From an uncultured bacterium (GTDB taxonomy: Bacteria > Chloroflexota > UBA5177 > JANWHV01), in the NCBI GenBank assembly GCA_963827235.1, contig CAWHAE010000012.1:768001-832000 (forward strand): a stretch of 64,000 bases of DNA, read 5' to 3'. The first letter of the stretch is position 1. Every line of letters begins with the position of its first letter. The translations under genes and the position numbers were made by a program. Of the stretch, positions 29,461 to 38,528 are shown in pieces. The notes beneath the pieces were generated by a model that was not told where the DNA came from, made no database searches, and saw only the letters and a list, made by a program, of their open reading frames with translations.

Positions 29461-30987
29461 CTATGCGTTGCTGCCGCGCCCCAGGTAGTGTGCCAGTGTA
29501 GCCTGCGCACCCTTTTGGTACAGCGTGCCGAGCATCTCCTCAAGCGTAGCCACGAAACGCCGGTTCTCCTTCAGGTCGCCGAAGAGGCTGCGTACGTCCA
29601 GTAGCGGGCGTGGATCGGTCTTGCCCTGCACCGCGCGCTGCCGTAGATCGTCGGCCATCTGATCCTCGAGCGGAATGGGCTGCCCTGTCTCGTCGACTCC
29701 GGAGAGGAATCGGAACCAGCCGGCCACCGACAATGTCAGCAGAGCGGCCGGCTGGCCGGTAGCAAGAGCTTGAGCCAGCGTCGGCAGCAGGAATTTCGGC
29801 ATGCGAGACGAGGCGTCGAAGCACAGGCGCAGCACCTGGTCACGAACCTTTGGGTTGGAGAAGCGCTCAATCAGGGTGCGCTTGTAGGCGGCCAGGTCGA
29901 CACCCGGCACCGGCGCGAGATGCTGCGTTACCTCCTCGTCCATGAGCCGCGCGATGAAGACGCGAAACTGGGCGTCGCTCATCAGGTCGTCGACGTACCG
30001 ATAGCCGCAGAGATAGCCGAGGTATGCCATGGCCTGGTGGCTGGCATTGAGCAGTCGCATCTTCATCAGCTCGTACGGATGGACGTCATCGACGAGCTGC
30101 ACGCCGGCCTCCTCGAGCGGCGGCCGGCCATTGCAGAAGCGGTCCTCCACGACCCACTGCCGGAACGGCTCCGCCATGACCGGCCAGGCATCGTCGATAC
30201 CGAAGCGCGCGGCGACCATTTCCCGGTCCGCCGCCGCGGTAGCAGGAGTGATCCGGTCGACCATCGAGTTCGGGAAGGCCACGTTGTCCTCAATCCACCG
30301 GGCAAGTGCGCCATCCCGTAGACTGGCGAAAGCGACCACGACTTTCCTGGCCGTGATCCCGTTATTCTCGACGTTGTCGCACGAGAGCACCGAAAATGGG
30401 GCCGTGCCGGACAGGCGACGGCGGTTCAGGGCTTCGCACAGGTAGCCAAACACGGTGGTGGGGGAGCCCGGGTTTGCCAGGTCGGCCTGAACGCCCGCGT
30501 TCGACGCATCGAACTCTCCCGTCACCTGGTTGAAGTTGTAGCCCCCTTCCGTAATAGTGAGGCTGACCACGCGGGTTCGCTCGCTCTCCAGCGTACGCAG
30601 CACCTCCTCACAGTGCTCGGGCGCGAAGAGATAGCGGGTGATCGTTCCCACGACGCGCGGGCTCTCGCGTACCGCGCTTCGCTCGACCAGCGTGTAGAGA
30701 CAATCCTGAGGGGTCAGCGCCTTCGACATGGCCTTGTCCTGCGGCAGGAGACCGACGCCGCACAGACCCCAGTCTAGAGTGACGCCGGCGCACGCCAGGT
30801 CATCGAGGTACAGCGCCTGGTGCGCCCGGTGAAATCCGCCCACGCCGATGTGCACGATTGCCGGCACGAGGCTGGCCCGGGCATAGGTGGGAGTCCGCAC
30901 GGTCGCTGGGATAGCCGCCAGACTGGCATTGTTCAGCGGGATCGCGCGTACAGGCAAAGTCGACTGATGCTCGGTGGAACGCGTCAT
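29461..30987 (-). CDS. Mannitol dehydrogenase family protein (mannitol 2-dehydrogenase-like)
   Basis: IVHIGVGGFHRAHQA, SLTITEGGY, SCDN, FPNSMVDRITP, EPFRQWVVED, KMRLLNASH. Confidence 0.95.
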   Translation of the reverse strand: MTRSTEHQSTLPVRAIPLNNASLAAIPATVRTPTYARASLVPAIVHIGVGGFHRAHQALYLDDLACAGVTLDWGLCGVGLLPQDKAMSKALTPQDCLYTLVERSAVRESPRVVGTITRYLFAPEHCEEVLRTLESERTRVVSLTITEGGYNFNQVTGEFDASNAGVQADLANPGSPTTVFGYLCEALNRRRLSGTAPFSVLSCDNVENNGITARKVVVAFASLRDGALARWIEDNVAFPNSMVDRITPATAAADREMVAARFGIDDAWPVMAEPFRQWVVEDRFCNGRPPLEEAGVQLVDDVHPYELMKMRLLNASHQAMAYLGYLCGYRYVDDLMSDAQFRVFIARLMDEEVTQHLAPVPGVDLAAYKRTLIERFSNPKVRDQVLRLCFDASSRMPKFLLPTLAQALATGQPAALLTLSVAGWFRFLSGVDETGQPIPLEDQMADDLRQRAVQGKTDPRPLLDVRSLFGDLKENRRFVATLEEMLGTLYQKGAQATLAHYLGRGSNA

Positions 30988-31349
30988 GTGTTGAAGATCT
31001 CCTGTCTATCCAGTCTCGGCGCACAAAACAAAGGGTTCCGGCAGCCGAGCCCGCCCGCTCGAGCAGGCCTTGCGCCGGCACCGGAGGTCACCTCGAACAT
31101 CTTACAGACTCATGCTACAGCGGCAGTGCCGCGTGCCAAGGGTCGGTTGCTGGGTGAATTATCAGTGCCGTGACATTCTCCGCACAAGGCCGCGACGTGT
31201 TGGTCGAGGCACGTCGTTGTGCCCGCCCAAGCACACGCAGGCAGAGAATGTGGCGTCCGCGTGCAATGGCTCAGGCGCTCCCGCCGAGCGAAGGCTGTGG
31301 ACGTACAGGGCAGGTGCTCGTGCGCAAGTAGCCTGGCGTGCTTCTTCGT

Positions 31350-32615
31350 TCAGGAATCCTGCATGTTCTTGATCGTGCCGGGCTCCTCGTCGGTGGCGAT
31401 CGCCCAGTCGGTATCGGCATAGCTCACGGTCCAGATGTGATCGCGGTACGCCTGCGCTTTCCTCGCCGGATCGTAGTAATCCCTGATCTTCTCGAAGGCA
31501 TTCTGGGCGGCATCGCTCGGCCGATAGGGTACACGAGAGATGCCAAGCCGCCGCAGCTCGTTGACATCGTCGAACCCGAGGAGAGACACCTGCTCGGGTA
31601 TCTTCAGGCGGCGGTCCCTCACCACGGCTGTATAGGCTTCGAGCGTGACGTACGACGTGGTGCAGAGCAGCGCAGTAGGAGGCGGCGAGCCTTCGCGACC
31701 CGCTACGAGGGCGCTCGCGTTCATGCGTGCGTTGTGAAATCCGAACGGGCTGTTGCCAAGAGCAGAGGGATCGACGTGTTGGCCAGCGGCGCCATACACG
31801 ATCAGCCGCCGGTCCACCTCGAGACCCTGTGCCTGCATCTCGTCGACCGCGCCGCGGCAGCGCTCGCGCTGGACCTGACAATGCTCAAGATCCAGCAGTA
31901 CGCCGATGCGCTGATGCCCCGCTTCGCAGAGCTTCCGCACTGCCTTGCGACCGGCATCGTAGTGTTCCAGCGACACGATCGGAGCGTGATAGCGGAGTGC
32001 GGCCTGATCCGCATCGGTGAGCCGGCGGTCCAGCAAGACGACGGGGACATCGCGATCCTGCAGCTGCCGAATCAGCTCGCGGCGAATCTCCATCTGGCGG
32101 GACGACGGTCCCCGGTAGAGCCCGAGAGCAGGAGCGAGAATGACACCGTAGAGGCTGTGTGCCCGAGCGACGAACGAGCGAAGGATATCCTGCTCGCTGC
32201 CAAGATCCTCGCCATGAGTGCGCAGCACCAGGTTGCACGAGGGGCCGGCACAGATGGCGAGGTTTGCGACGACGCCCGACCAGAAACTGCTAAACGCCAC
32301 GCCGGCGATAGCGACGGCCAGATGCGAGCGCTCACCCGAGGCGCTCAGATCCTGGAGACCCAAATAGGTAGTGGCCAGCTGGTGTATCTCGGTAAGGCTA
32401 AAGTTGCGTTCCTCGTGCAGCGCACCCAGCAGTTTTGACACCTGCTCGGGGTTGGCAAACTCGCCGCGGGATCCAGTCTCAATTCTGGACACAATAGCAT
32501 GCCGGCTCGAGCCGGTGTATCCGACGCGATCCGCCAGGTCATCCTGCCTCAGGCTGCGATCCATCCGATGCTTGCGGAACAGGTGCCCAAACGTCTCTGC
32601 ATCAGGCTGGTGCAT
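31350..32615 (-). CDS. Transcriptional regulator: XRE-type HTH fused to LacI-type sugar-binding domain
   Basis: FGHLFRKHR..LRQDDLADRVG...VSRIETG; PVVLLDR, GHQRIG, IPEQVSLLGFDD. Confidence 0.8.
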   Translation of the reverse strand: MHQPDAETFGHLFRKHRMDRSLRQDDLADRVGYTGSSRHAIVSRIETGSRGEFANPEQVSKLLGALHEERNFSLTEIHQLATTYLGLQDLSASGERSHLAVAIAGVAFSSFWSGVVANLAICAGPSCNLVLRTHGEDLGSEQDILRSFVARAHSLYGVILAPALGLYRGPSSRQMEIRRELIRQLQDRDVPVVLLDRRLTDADQAALRYHAPIVSLEHYDAGRKAVRKLCEAGHQRIGVLLDLEHCQVQRERCRGAVDEMQAQGLEVDRRLIVYGAAGQHVDPSALGNSPFGFHNARMNASALVAGREGSPPPTALLCTTSYVTLEAYTAVVRDRRLKIPEQVSLLGFDDVNELRRLGISRVPYRPSDAAQNAFEKIRDYYDPARKAQAYRDHIWTVSYADTDWAIATDEEPGTIKNMQDS

Positions 32616-32992
32616 TGCATCATCCCCAGTTGCCCGCCACACCGAGTATCCCTGCTGAGCATATGATACTCGCCCGTAGCCTGCACCATTCCCGTGTGCC
32701 CGAACAGGCACACGCGTGTGCGCGATTCAGCACCCCGGCTCCTGGCGCAACGCGGAGCGCTCACTATAATTGCGCAGTATGTAGCTGTCCCTTGCTGCGA
32801 CAGGGCTGAGTACGCAGGGAACGGCACGTGGGTGCAGATGAGTGCTGTGATCGGGCCCTTGAAAGGAGGTCGACTAACCCGAGTGACTTGCGGTATGTCG
32901 TCGCCTCGACATACTGTTAACCGCGATCCCTTAGGCCGGCTCGTTATCCGGCAAAGGCATGTACTGTTGTTCATCGAAGAGGAGTACATCCA

Positions 32993-34366
32993 GTGAAGGT
33001 TATCCGGCGTATCTGCTTCACTGTCACAATCGTTGCGACGCTTAGCGCGATCGCAGCGCCTACCCAGGCTGCCAGCCCGCGGGCGACGGCGCACGCTGCC
33101 GTCACCCTGAATATCGCGACCGTCAACAACCCGGACATGATCGAGATGGAGCGGCTCACCCCCGTCTTCGAGAAGCAGTACGGCATCAACGTCAAGTACG
33201 AAACATTGCCTGAAGACACGCTCCGCCAGAAGGTGACAGCGGACGTGGCCACCGGCGGCGGAGAATTCGACCTTGCCACGGAGGGTACCTATGAGATCCC
33301 AATGTGGGCCAAGAACGGCTGGGTCACTGACCTGACGCCGTACTTCTCCAAGATGAGCGCGTCCGACGCAAGCGCCTACGACTTGAACGACGTGGTCGCC
33401 AAGGTACGCGCGGGCCTTTCGTACAAGAATGACCTGTACGCTCTGCCGTTCTACGCCGAGAGCTCGATGACCTACTACAACAAGGCAATGTTCAAGGCTG
33501 CCGGCCTCACCATGCCGGTGCATCCCACCTGGGACCAGATAGCGTCCTTCGCGCAAAAGCTGAACAACCCGGCGAAGAACGTGTACGGCATCTGCCTGCG
33601 TGCCGATCCCGGTTGGGGTGAGATGGGCGCCGTGCTGACCACCGTCATCAACACCTTTGGCGGCGAATGGTTCAACATGCAGTGGCAGCCACAGTTGACC
33701 AGCCCCGCGGATGAGGCGGCGGTCTCGTTCTACATCAATCTGATTCGCTCCGCCGGCGAGCCCGGCGCCACGAGCAGCGGCTTCACCGAGTGCGAGACCG
33801 CATTTGCTCAGGGCAAGACCGCTATGTGGGTCGACGCGACCGTCGCCGCCGGCGACCTGACCAATCCGAAGGACTCCAAGGTGGCAAGCGACGTGGGCTA
33901 TGCCTACGCGCCGACCAAGGTGACGCCCAAGGGGGCTCATTGGCTGTGGTCCTGGGCGCTGGCTGTGGAGGCCTCGAGCAAGCATAAGGATGCCGCCTTC
34001 CAGTTCCTTACCTGGGCAACCAGCAAGAATTACATTGCCCTGGTAGCCAAGGATCAGGGATGGCAAAGCGTTCCGCCGGGCACCCGCGCTTCCACCTACA
34101 GCAACCCGAGCTACCAGAAGGCCGCGCCCTTCGCGAGCCTGGTCCTACAGTCGATTCAGTCCGCAGACCCCAACAACGCAACTTTGAATAAGGTACCGTA
34201 CACCGGCGTGCAGTTCGTGGGTATACCCGAGTTCCAGCAAATCGGTACACAGGTGACGCAGAACCTCGATGCAGCGGTGACCGGCTCGACCACGGTGGCA
34301 GCTGCACTCCAGCTTTCCCAAACTCAGGTCACACACATTATGAAAGTGGCCGGCTACATTAAGTAG
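32993..34366 (+). CDS. Polyol (sorbitol/mannitol-type) ABC transporter substrate-binding protein
   Basis: Signal peptide; IATVNNPDMI, PFYAESS, GICLR..PGWGEM, WLWSWAL, PPGTR, PYTGVQFVGIPEFQ (SmoE-like). Confidence 0.9.
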   Translation: MKVIRRICFTVTIVATLSAIAAPTQAASPRATAHAAVTLNIATVNNPDMIEMERLTPVFEKQYGINVKYETLPEDTLRQKVTADVATGGGEFDLATEGTYEIPMWAKNGWVTDLTPYFSKMSASDASAYDLNDVVAKVRAGLSYKNDLYALPFYAESSMTYYNKAMFKAAGLTMPVHPTWDQIASFAQKLNNPAKNVYGICLRADPGWGEMGAVLTTVINTFGGEWFNMQWQPQLTSPADEAAVSFYINLIRSAGEPGATSSGFTECETAFAQGKTAMWVDATVAAGDLTNPKDSKVASDVGYAYAPTKVTPKGAHWLWSWALAVEASSKHKDAAFQFLTWATSKNYIALVAKDQGWQSVPPGTRASTYSNPSYQKAAPFASLVLQSIQSADPNNATLNKVPYTGVQFVGIPEFQQIGTQVTQNLDAAVTGSTTVAAALQLSQTQVTHIMKVAGYIK

Positions 34367-34399
34367 CATCCCTCACCAATCTTGCCGGTCGTACTGTCT

Positions 34400-34437
34400 C
34401 TCCTGGGTTGCAGCATTGACACGCTGCAACCCAGGAG
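34400..34437 (+). terminator. 15-bp hairpin after the binding-protein gene (mRNA stabiliser or partial terminator)
   Basis: CTCCTGGGTTGCAGC-attgacac-GCTGCAACCCAGGAG. Confidence 0.7.
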
Positions 34438-34571
34438 CGGTAGGGGAGGGTTGTATCCACCCAGGTGACCCGCTCACAGCGCGAACGCAGGCGAGCCACT
34501 ATTGGTGGGGCTCGCGTCCATGTCATTGTCCTTCATGTGGCTGCCGATAGAGTTCGGAGATAGAGCAGGCC

Positions 34572-35510
34572 ATGCTTACCGAGTCAGCCGTTTCTACTGC
34601 GAATGTCGCGCGCAACAGGCCGCGGCGGCGGCTGGCAATGCCGCGTGTGCCGCTGCTCATGCTGCTGCCCGCGATCGTCTACCTGGTGGTAATGACGCAG
34701 GCACCGTTCGTTGTCACACTTTGGTACAGCGTGCACACCTGGATCATGACATCGCCCGAGCTGGGCAAACCGTGGGTCGGCCTGGACAACTTCAATTACA
34801 CGGTCCTTCAGGATCCCACCTTCCGTGACGCCGTCGTAAACACACTGGTGATGACTATCAGCATCGTCGGCGTCTCGCTGATACTTGGAATGGCCTTTGC
34901 ACTGCTGCTGCACCGGCCGTTTCCACTGCGCGGGTTGGTGCGATCCTTGATGATCACGCCGTTCTTTGTCATGCCTACGGTCAGCGCCGTGGTCTGGAAG
35001 AACCTGTTGCTCAACCCGGTGTTCGGACTGTTCAACTGGATCACGACCTCCCTGGGGATGCGGCGGACCGATTGGCTCGGTGTACACCCCACGATCAGCC
35101 TGGTCACCATCTGCGTCTGGGAGTGGACCCCGTTCATGATGTTGATCTTGTTGGCCGGTTTGCAAGGGCAGTCCGAGGAGGTTCGTGAGGCCGCGCACCT
35201 CGACGGAGCCAGCGGCGTGGCCGAATTCTGGCACATCACCCTACCCCAGTTGGGCCGGTACGTGCAATTAGCCGTTCTACTGGGAATGATCTATGTCTTG
35301 CAGCTGTTCGGCGAGATCTTTGTGGCTACCTCAGGCGGCCCCGGCACTGAAACCACCACCGTACCGTTCTACGTCTACCAGACGATCTCCCAGTCCACCG
35401 ACGTCGGATCATCGTCCGCCCAGGGCGTTCTGGCGGTGATCTTTGCGTCTATTCTGGCCACCCTGTTGCTTCGCCTCCTGGCCGGTACATTCAGTAGGAG
35501 CGCCACATGA
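34572..35510 (+). CDS. Sugar ABC transporter permease
   Basis: WEWTPFMMLILLAGLQ, EAAHLDGA (EAA loop), GGPG. Confidence 0.93.
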   Translation: MLTESAVSTANVARNRPRRRLAMPRVPLLMLLPAIVYLVVMTQAPFVVTLWYSVHTWIMTSPELGKPWVGLDNFNYTVLQDPTFRDAVVNTLVMTISIVGVSLILGMAFALLLHRPFPLRGLVRSLMITPFFVMPTVSAVVWKNLLLNPVFGLFNWITTSLGMRRTDWLGVHPTISLVTICVWEWTPFMMLILLAGLQGQSEEVREAAHLDGASGVAEFWHITLPQLGRYVQLAVLLGMIYVLQLFGEIFVATSGGPGTETTTVPFYVYQTISQSTDVGSSSAQGVLAVIFASILATLLLRLLAGTFSRSAT

Positions 35511-36376
35511 ACAGCATACAGACGCACCCTGGTGCCCGCAGTGCAACACATGTCACGAGACGCTTCAAGCCCGCAAGTGCCGGCTTGACGGTACTGACAT
35601 ATGTGATCGCCTTCCTCGTGTTCTTTCCGGTTCTCTGGATGCTGCTTGCCGGTTTCAAGTCCGAGGGCACCGCGGTCGAGTTACCGCCCAAGCTGTTCTT
35701 TAGCCCCACGCTCGACAACTTCCGCACGGCGATCAACAGCAACAGTTTTTCCACGTTCTTCGGCAATTCCATATTCCTGAGCGTGGGATCGACCGTTTTG
35801 GCCCTGCTGCTTGGTGTGCCTGCTGCCTACAGTCTGGCGCTTTTTCCCACGCGACGCGCACCACGAGTGCTCTCCTGGGTGCTCTCGACCAAGATGCTGC
35901 CGCTGGTTGGCGTCATCGTGCCGCTGATCGTCATCTTCAAGCAGATTGGTCTCTATGACACACGTCAGGGCATGATTCTTCTCTACGCGGCGATGAACTT
36001 GCCGCTGGTCATCTGGATGATGACCTCCTTCTTTGCCGAAGTACCGCGTGAACTGATAGAAGCCAGCCAGATCGACGGGGCGGGCTTGGTGCGTTCGCTG
36101 ATTTCAGTGGTCTTGCCGCTGGCCACGCCCGGCTTGGCGGCAACTTCCCTCTTGTGCATGATCTTTGCCTGGAACGAGTTCTTTCTCGCCGTCAATCTGA
36201 CCGGACCCAGTGCCGGCCCCTTGACGGTCTACATCTCGGGCTTCATGACCAGTGAAGGACTATTCTGGGCCAAGATGTCGGCTGCCTCGACCATGGCTAT
36301 CGCGCCCGTCTTCGTGGCCGGGTGGATGGCGCAGCGCTGGCTGGTCAGAGGGCTCACCATGGGCGCCGTCAAGTAG
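35507..36376 (+). CDS. Sugar ABC transporter permease
   Basis: EASQIDGA, FAWNEF, LVRGLTMGAVK; ATGA overlap with the previous gene. Confidence 0.93.
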   Translation: MNSIQTHPGARSATHVTRRFKPASAGLTVLTYVIAFLVFFPVLWMLLAGFKSEGTAVELPPKLFFSPTLDNFRTAINSNSFSTFFGNSIFLSVGSTVLALLLGVPAAYSLALFPTRRAPRVLSWVLSTKMLPLVGVIVPLIVIFKQIGLYDTRQGMILLYAAMNLPLVIWMMTSFFAEVPRELIEASQIDGAGLVRSLISVVLPLATPGLAATSLLCMIFAWNEFFLAVNLTGPSAGPLTVYISGFMTSEGLFWAKMSAASTMAIAPVFVAGWMAQRWLVRGLTMGAVK

Positions 36377-36378
36377 GG

Positions 36379-37629
36379 CTAGCTCGTCGCCTCGGATTGC
36401 GCCACTTGCGCGCCGGGCAAGTAGCGGTCCGCATGCCCCAGGGCGGTGAACGAGAAGGCAAACGGAATCAGGATGGTCGTGGCACCGATCACACCATAGA
36501 CCAGGGCGACGTTGCCCGTCACCTGGATGGCCAGGCCTCCCAGAAAGGTGCCGACCGGGATGGCGGACCAGGCGAGCACTCCGGCAATGCTCAACACGCG
36601 GCCCAACATGTGATTCGGCACGATGGCCTGGCGCAGGCTGCCGGTGTTGATGTTGAAGAGGATCCCCAGTCCCGATTGCAGGCCCAGGCAGACCAGGGCA
36701 AGTGGATACCAGGCCAGCACCGACATCGCCACGACGAAGACCCCGCTCAGCATCAGGGCGGTGAGAGCCACTCTGCTGAAAGAGAAGCGCTTCCGCAGAG
36801 GCCCGGCCGTCAACGAGAGCACGACGATGCCGATGCTCTCGACCGAGTAGAGAAGCCCGATCTGGGCATTGCCGGCGTGCAGGTGCTGTTTGCCGTACAG
36901 CACCAGTTGGGCGCCCACAGTCGAGCTGAAGAAGTTCACGATAGCCATCATCAGCGAGATGTTGCGCAGCACGGGATGGGAGAGCACGTAGCGCAACCCG
37001 TCGCCGACGTCGCGCAGAAGGCTTTGCGAGCGCTCACGATCGGCGAGATTGAAGTGCGTGCGGATCAGCAGCAGCGAGCCGGCGGCGATGAGAAATGACG
37101 CGGCATCGAAGTACATGACTCGCTCGATCGGCATGAGGGCCGCCAGCATGCCAGCCAGAACAGGTCCGGCGATTTGCACGGTCGAGTAGCTCGCCTGTAT
37201 ACGGCCGTTGGCCGTTACCAGGTCGTCCGGGCGGACCAGGCTCGGCACGACGGCGAATTCCGCGCTGCTGAAGAAGATCCCCATCGTGGAACCGGCAAAG
37301 CCCATGGCGTAGATCCACCACATCGCCAGGTGGCCGCCGGCAGCCAGGGCGGGAATAGAGCCGACCACCAGTGCCTGCAGCACGTTAGTGATCACCATCA
37401 GTCGCTTGCGGTCCGTGCGGTCGACCCAGGCGCCGATCACCAGACCGAACAGAGGGTAGGGCAGGAACGTGGCGGCGCTGGTGAGCGCCAGGTTCACGGC
37501 CGAGCCTGTGATGCGGTAGACCAGCAAGGGCAAGGCCAGGTTCGTGAAGGACGTGCCCAGCGTGGAGATGGCCTGGCCGCTCCAGAAGACCCAGAAGTCC
37601 CGGCTGAGCCGGCCCGATCTGCCGGGCAT
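36379..37629 (-). CDS. MFS transporter (DHA3/EntS-like exporter)
   Basis: FWSGQAISTLG, GAWVDRTDRKR motif A, LRQAIVP..MLGRV; about 12 TM helices. Confidence 0.92.
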   Translation of the reverse strand: MPGRSGRLSRDFWVFWSGQAISTLGTSFTNLALPLLVYRITGSAVNLALTSAATFLPYPLFGLVIGAWVDRTDRKRLMVITNVLQALVVGSIPALAAGGHLAMWWIYAMGFAGSTMGIFFSSAEFAVVPSLVRPDDLVTANGRIQASYSTVQIAGPVLAGMLAALMPIERVMYFDAASFLIAAGSLLLIRTHFNLADRERSQSLLRDVGDGLRYVLSHPVLRNISLMMAIVNFFSSTVGAQLVLYGKQHLHAGNAQIGLLYSVESIGIVVLSLTAGPLRKRFSFSRVALTALMLSGVFVVAMSVLAWYPLALVCLGLQSGLGILFNINTGSLRQAIVPNHMLGRVLSIAGVLAWSAIPVGTFLGGLAIQVTGNVALVYGVIGATTILIPFAFSFTALGHADRYLPGAQVAQSEATS

Positions 37630-38273
37630 CAGCGGCCCGCCCCGAATGCGTCCGGGTCCGCAGGGGCGCCGCGCCGATAGGTCGGAAAGAGCACCTGAAA
37701 CAGACGGTACGTGCCTCTATCTCGCTCGGCCGGCCGAGACGAGTCGTCCTCGTACTCCGACAGCAGTGCCTCCATACGGTCCGCCAAGGCGGCAGCCTCC
37801 TCGGGAAGGAGCCGCAGCAGCGTCCAGGCGAATCGCAGCGATCGTTCTCCCTTGTCGCTGCCAGCGCCTGCATCAATCCGGCCCTGGGCGATCTCGTGGC
37901 GGATTTCCTCGCCGGTTATTGAAAGCAGATCGGCCACGTCATCCTGCAGATGCCGGCGGGCGTCGCCGCCTGCCGGTGCGGTGAGCCCGGGAAACAGGAA
38001 GACGTATGCACTGGCGCGGTAGCGCTTCTCGATAATCCCGGACACGATACGCGTATCCACGACCCGGATCAAGCTGTGCTTCTCTAGCAGGTTGACGTGG
38101 TAGTAGAGAGACTTCGGACTAGTCTGGAGCGCTGCCGCGAGGTCCTTCACGGTGGCCGCGCGCTGCCGCAGCAGCTCGACGATGCGCATTCGGAGGCTGC
38201 CGGCCACCACCTTGAGCACGCCGGCGTCATCCACCACGAGCTGCTCGGCCGGCTCCTGAGTATCTTCAGCCAT
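37629..38273 (-). CDS. ArsR-family winged-HTH regulator
   Basis: LRMRIVELL...TVKDLA..L...SLYYHVNLLEK..LI; TGATG coupling to the MFS gene. Confidence 0.88.
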   Translation of the reverse strand: MAEDTQEPAEQLVVDDAGVLKVVAGSLRMRIVELLRQRAATVKDLAAALQTSPKSLYYHVNLLEKHSLIRVVDTRIVSGIIEKRYRASAYVFLFPGLTAPAGGDARRHLQDDVADLLSITGEEIRHEIAQGRIDAGAGSDKGERSLRFAWTLLRLLPEEAAALADRMEALLSEYEDDSSRPAERDRGTYRLFQVLFPTYRRGAPADPDAFGAGR

Positions 38274-38288
38274 CGGAACCTCCTAAAC

Positions 38289-38308
38289 CATCCAAATTTC
38301 TTTGGATG
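38289..38308. promoter_or_regulatory. Candidate operator of the ArsR regulator
   Basis: CATCCAAA-tttc-TTTGGATG inverted repeat just upstream of the regulator's RBS. Confidence 0.6.
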
Positions 38309-38528
38309 TCAGTAAATGATACGGGATTGGTGGTCGTGTTGGTCAACGCGGATCCCTCGTGCGGGCGAGATCGCCGGCGACGTGCGGCGCGTGCCACGGG
38401 CCGGGACGATAGACGACTCGTTGCTGCCGTGATGTTCTCCGTTGACGGTTGGAGTTCCACGCGTTTCGCGGCACCGGAGGTCCCGGCCGCCGGCGACCGG
38501 CCTGCGGCATTTCCATCGAGACCGGCAT

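Noticed and set aside
32549-34066. 505-aa minus-strand ORF (similarly 23599..24879, 56637..58031, 57985..59238, 62651..63979)
   Set aside because: Antisense to well-supported genes; expected from codon bias
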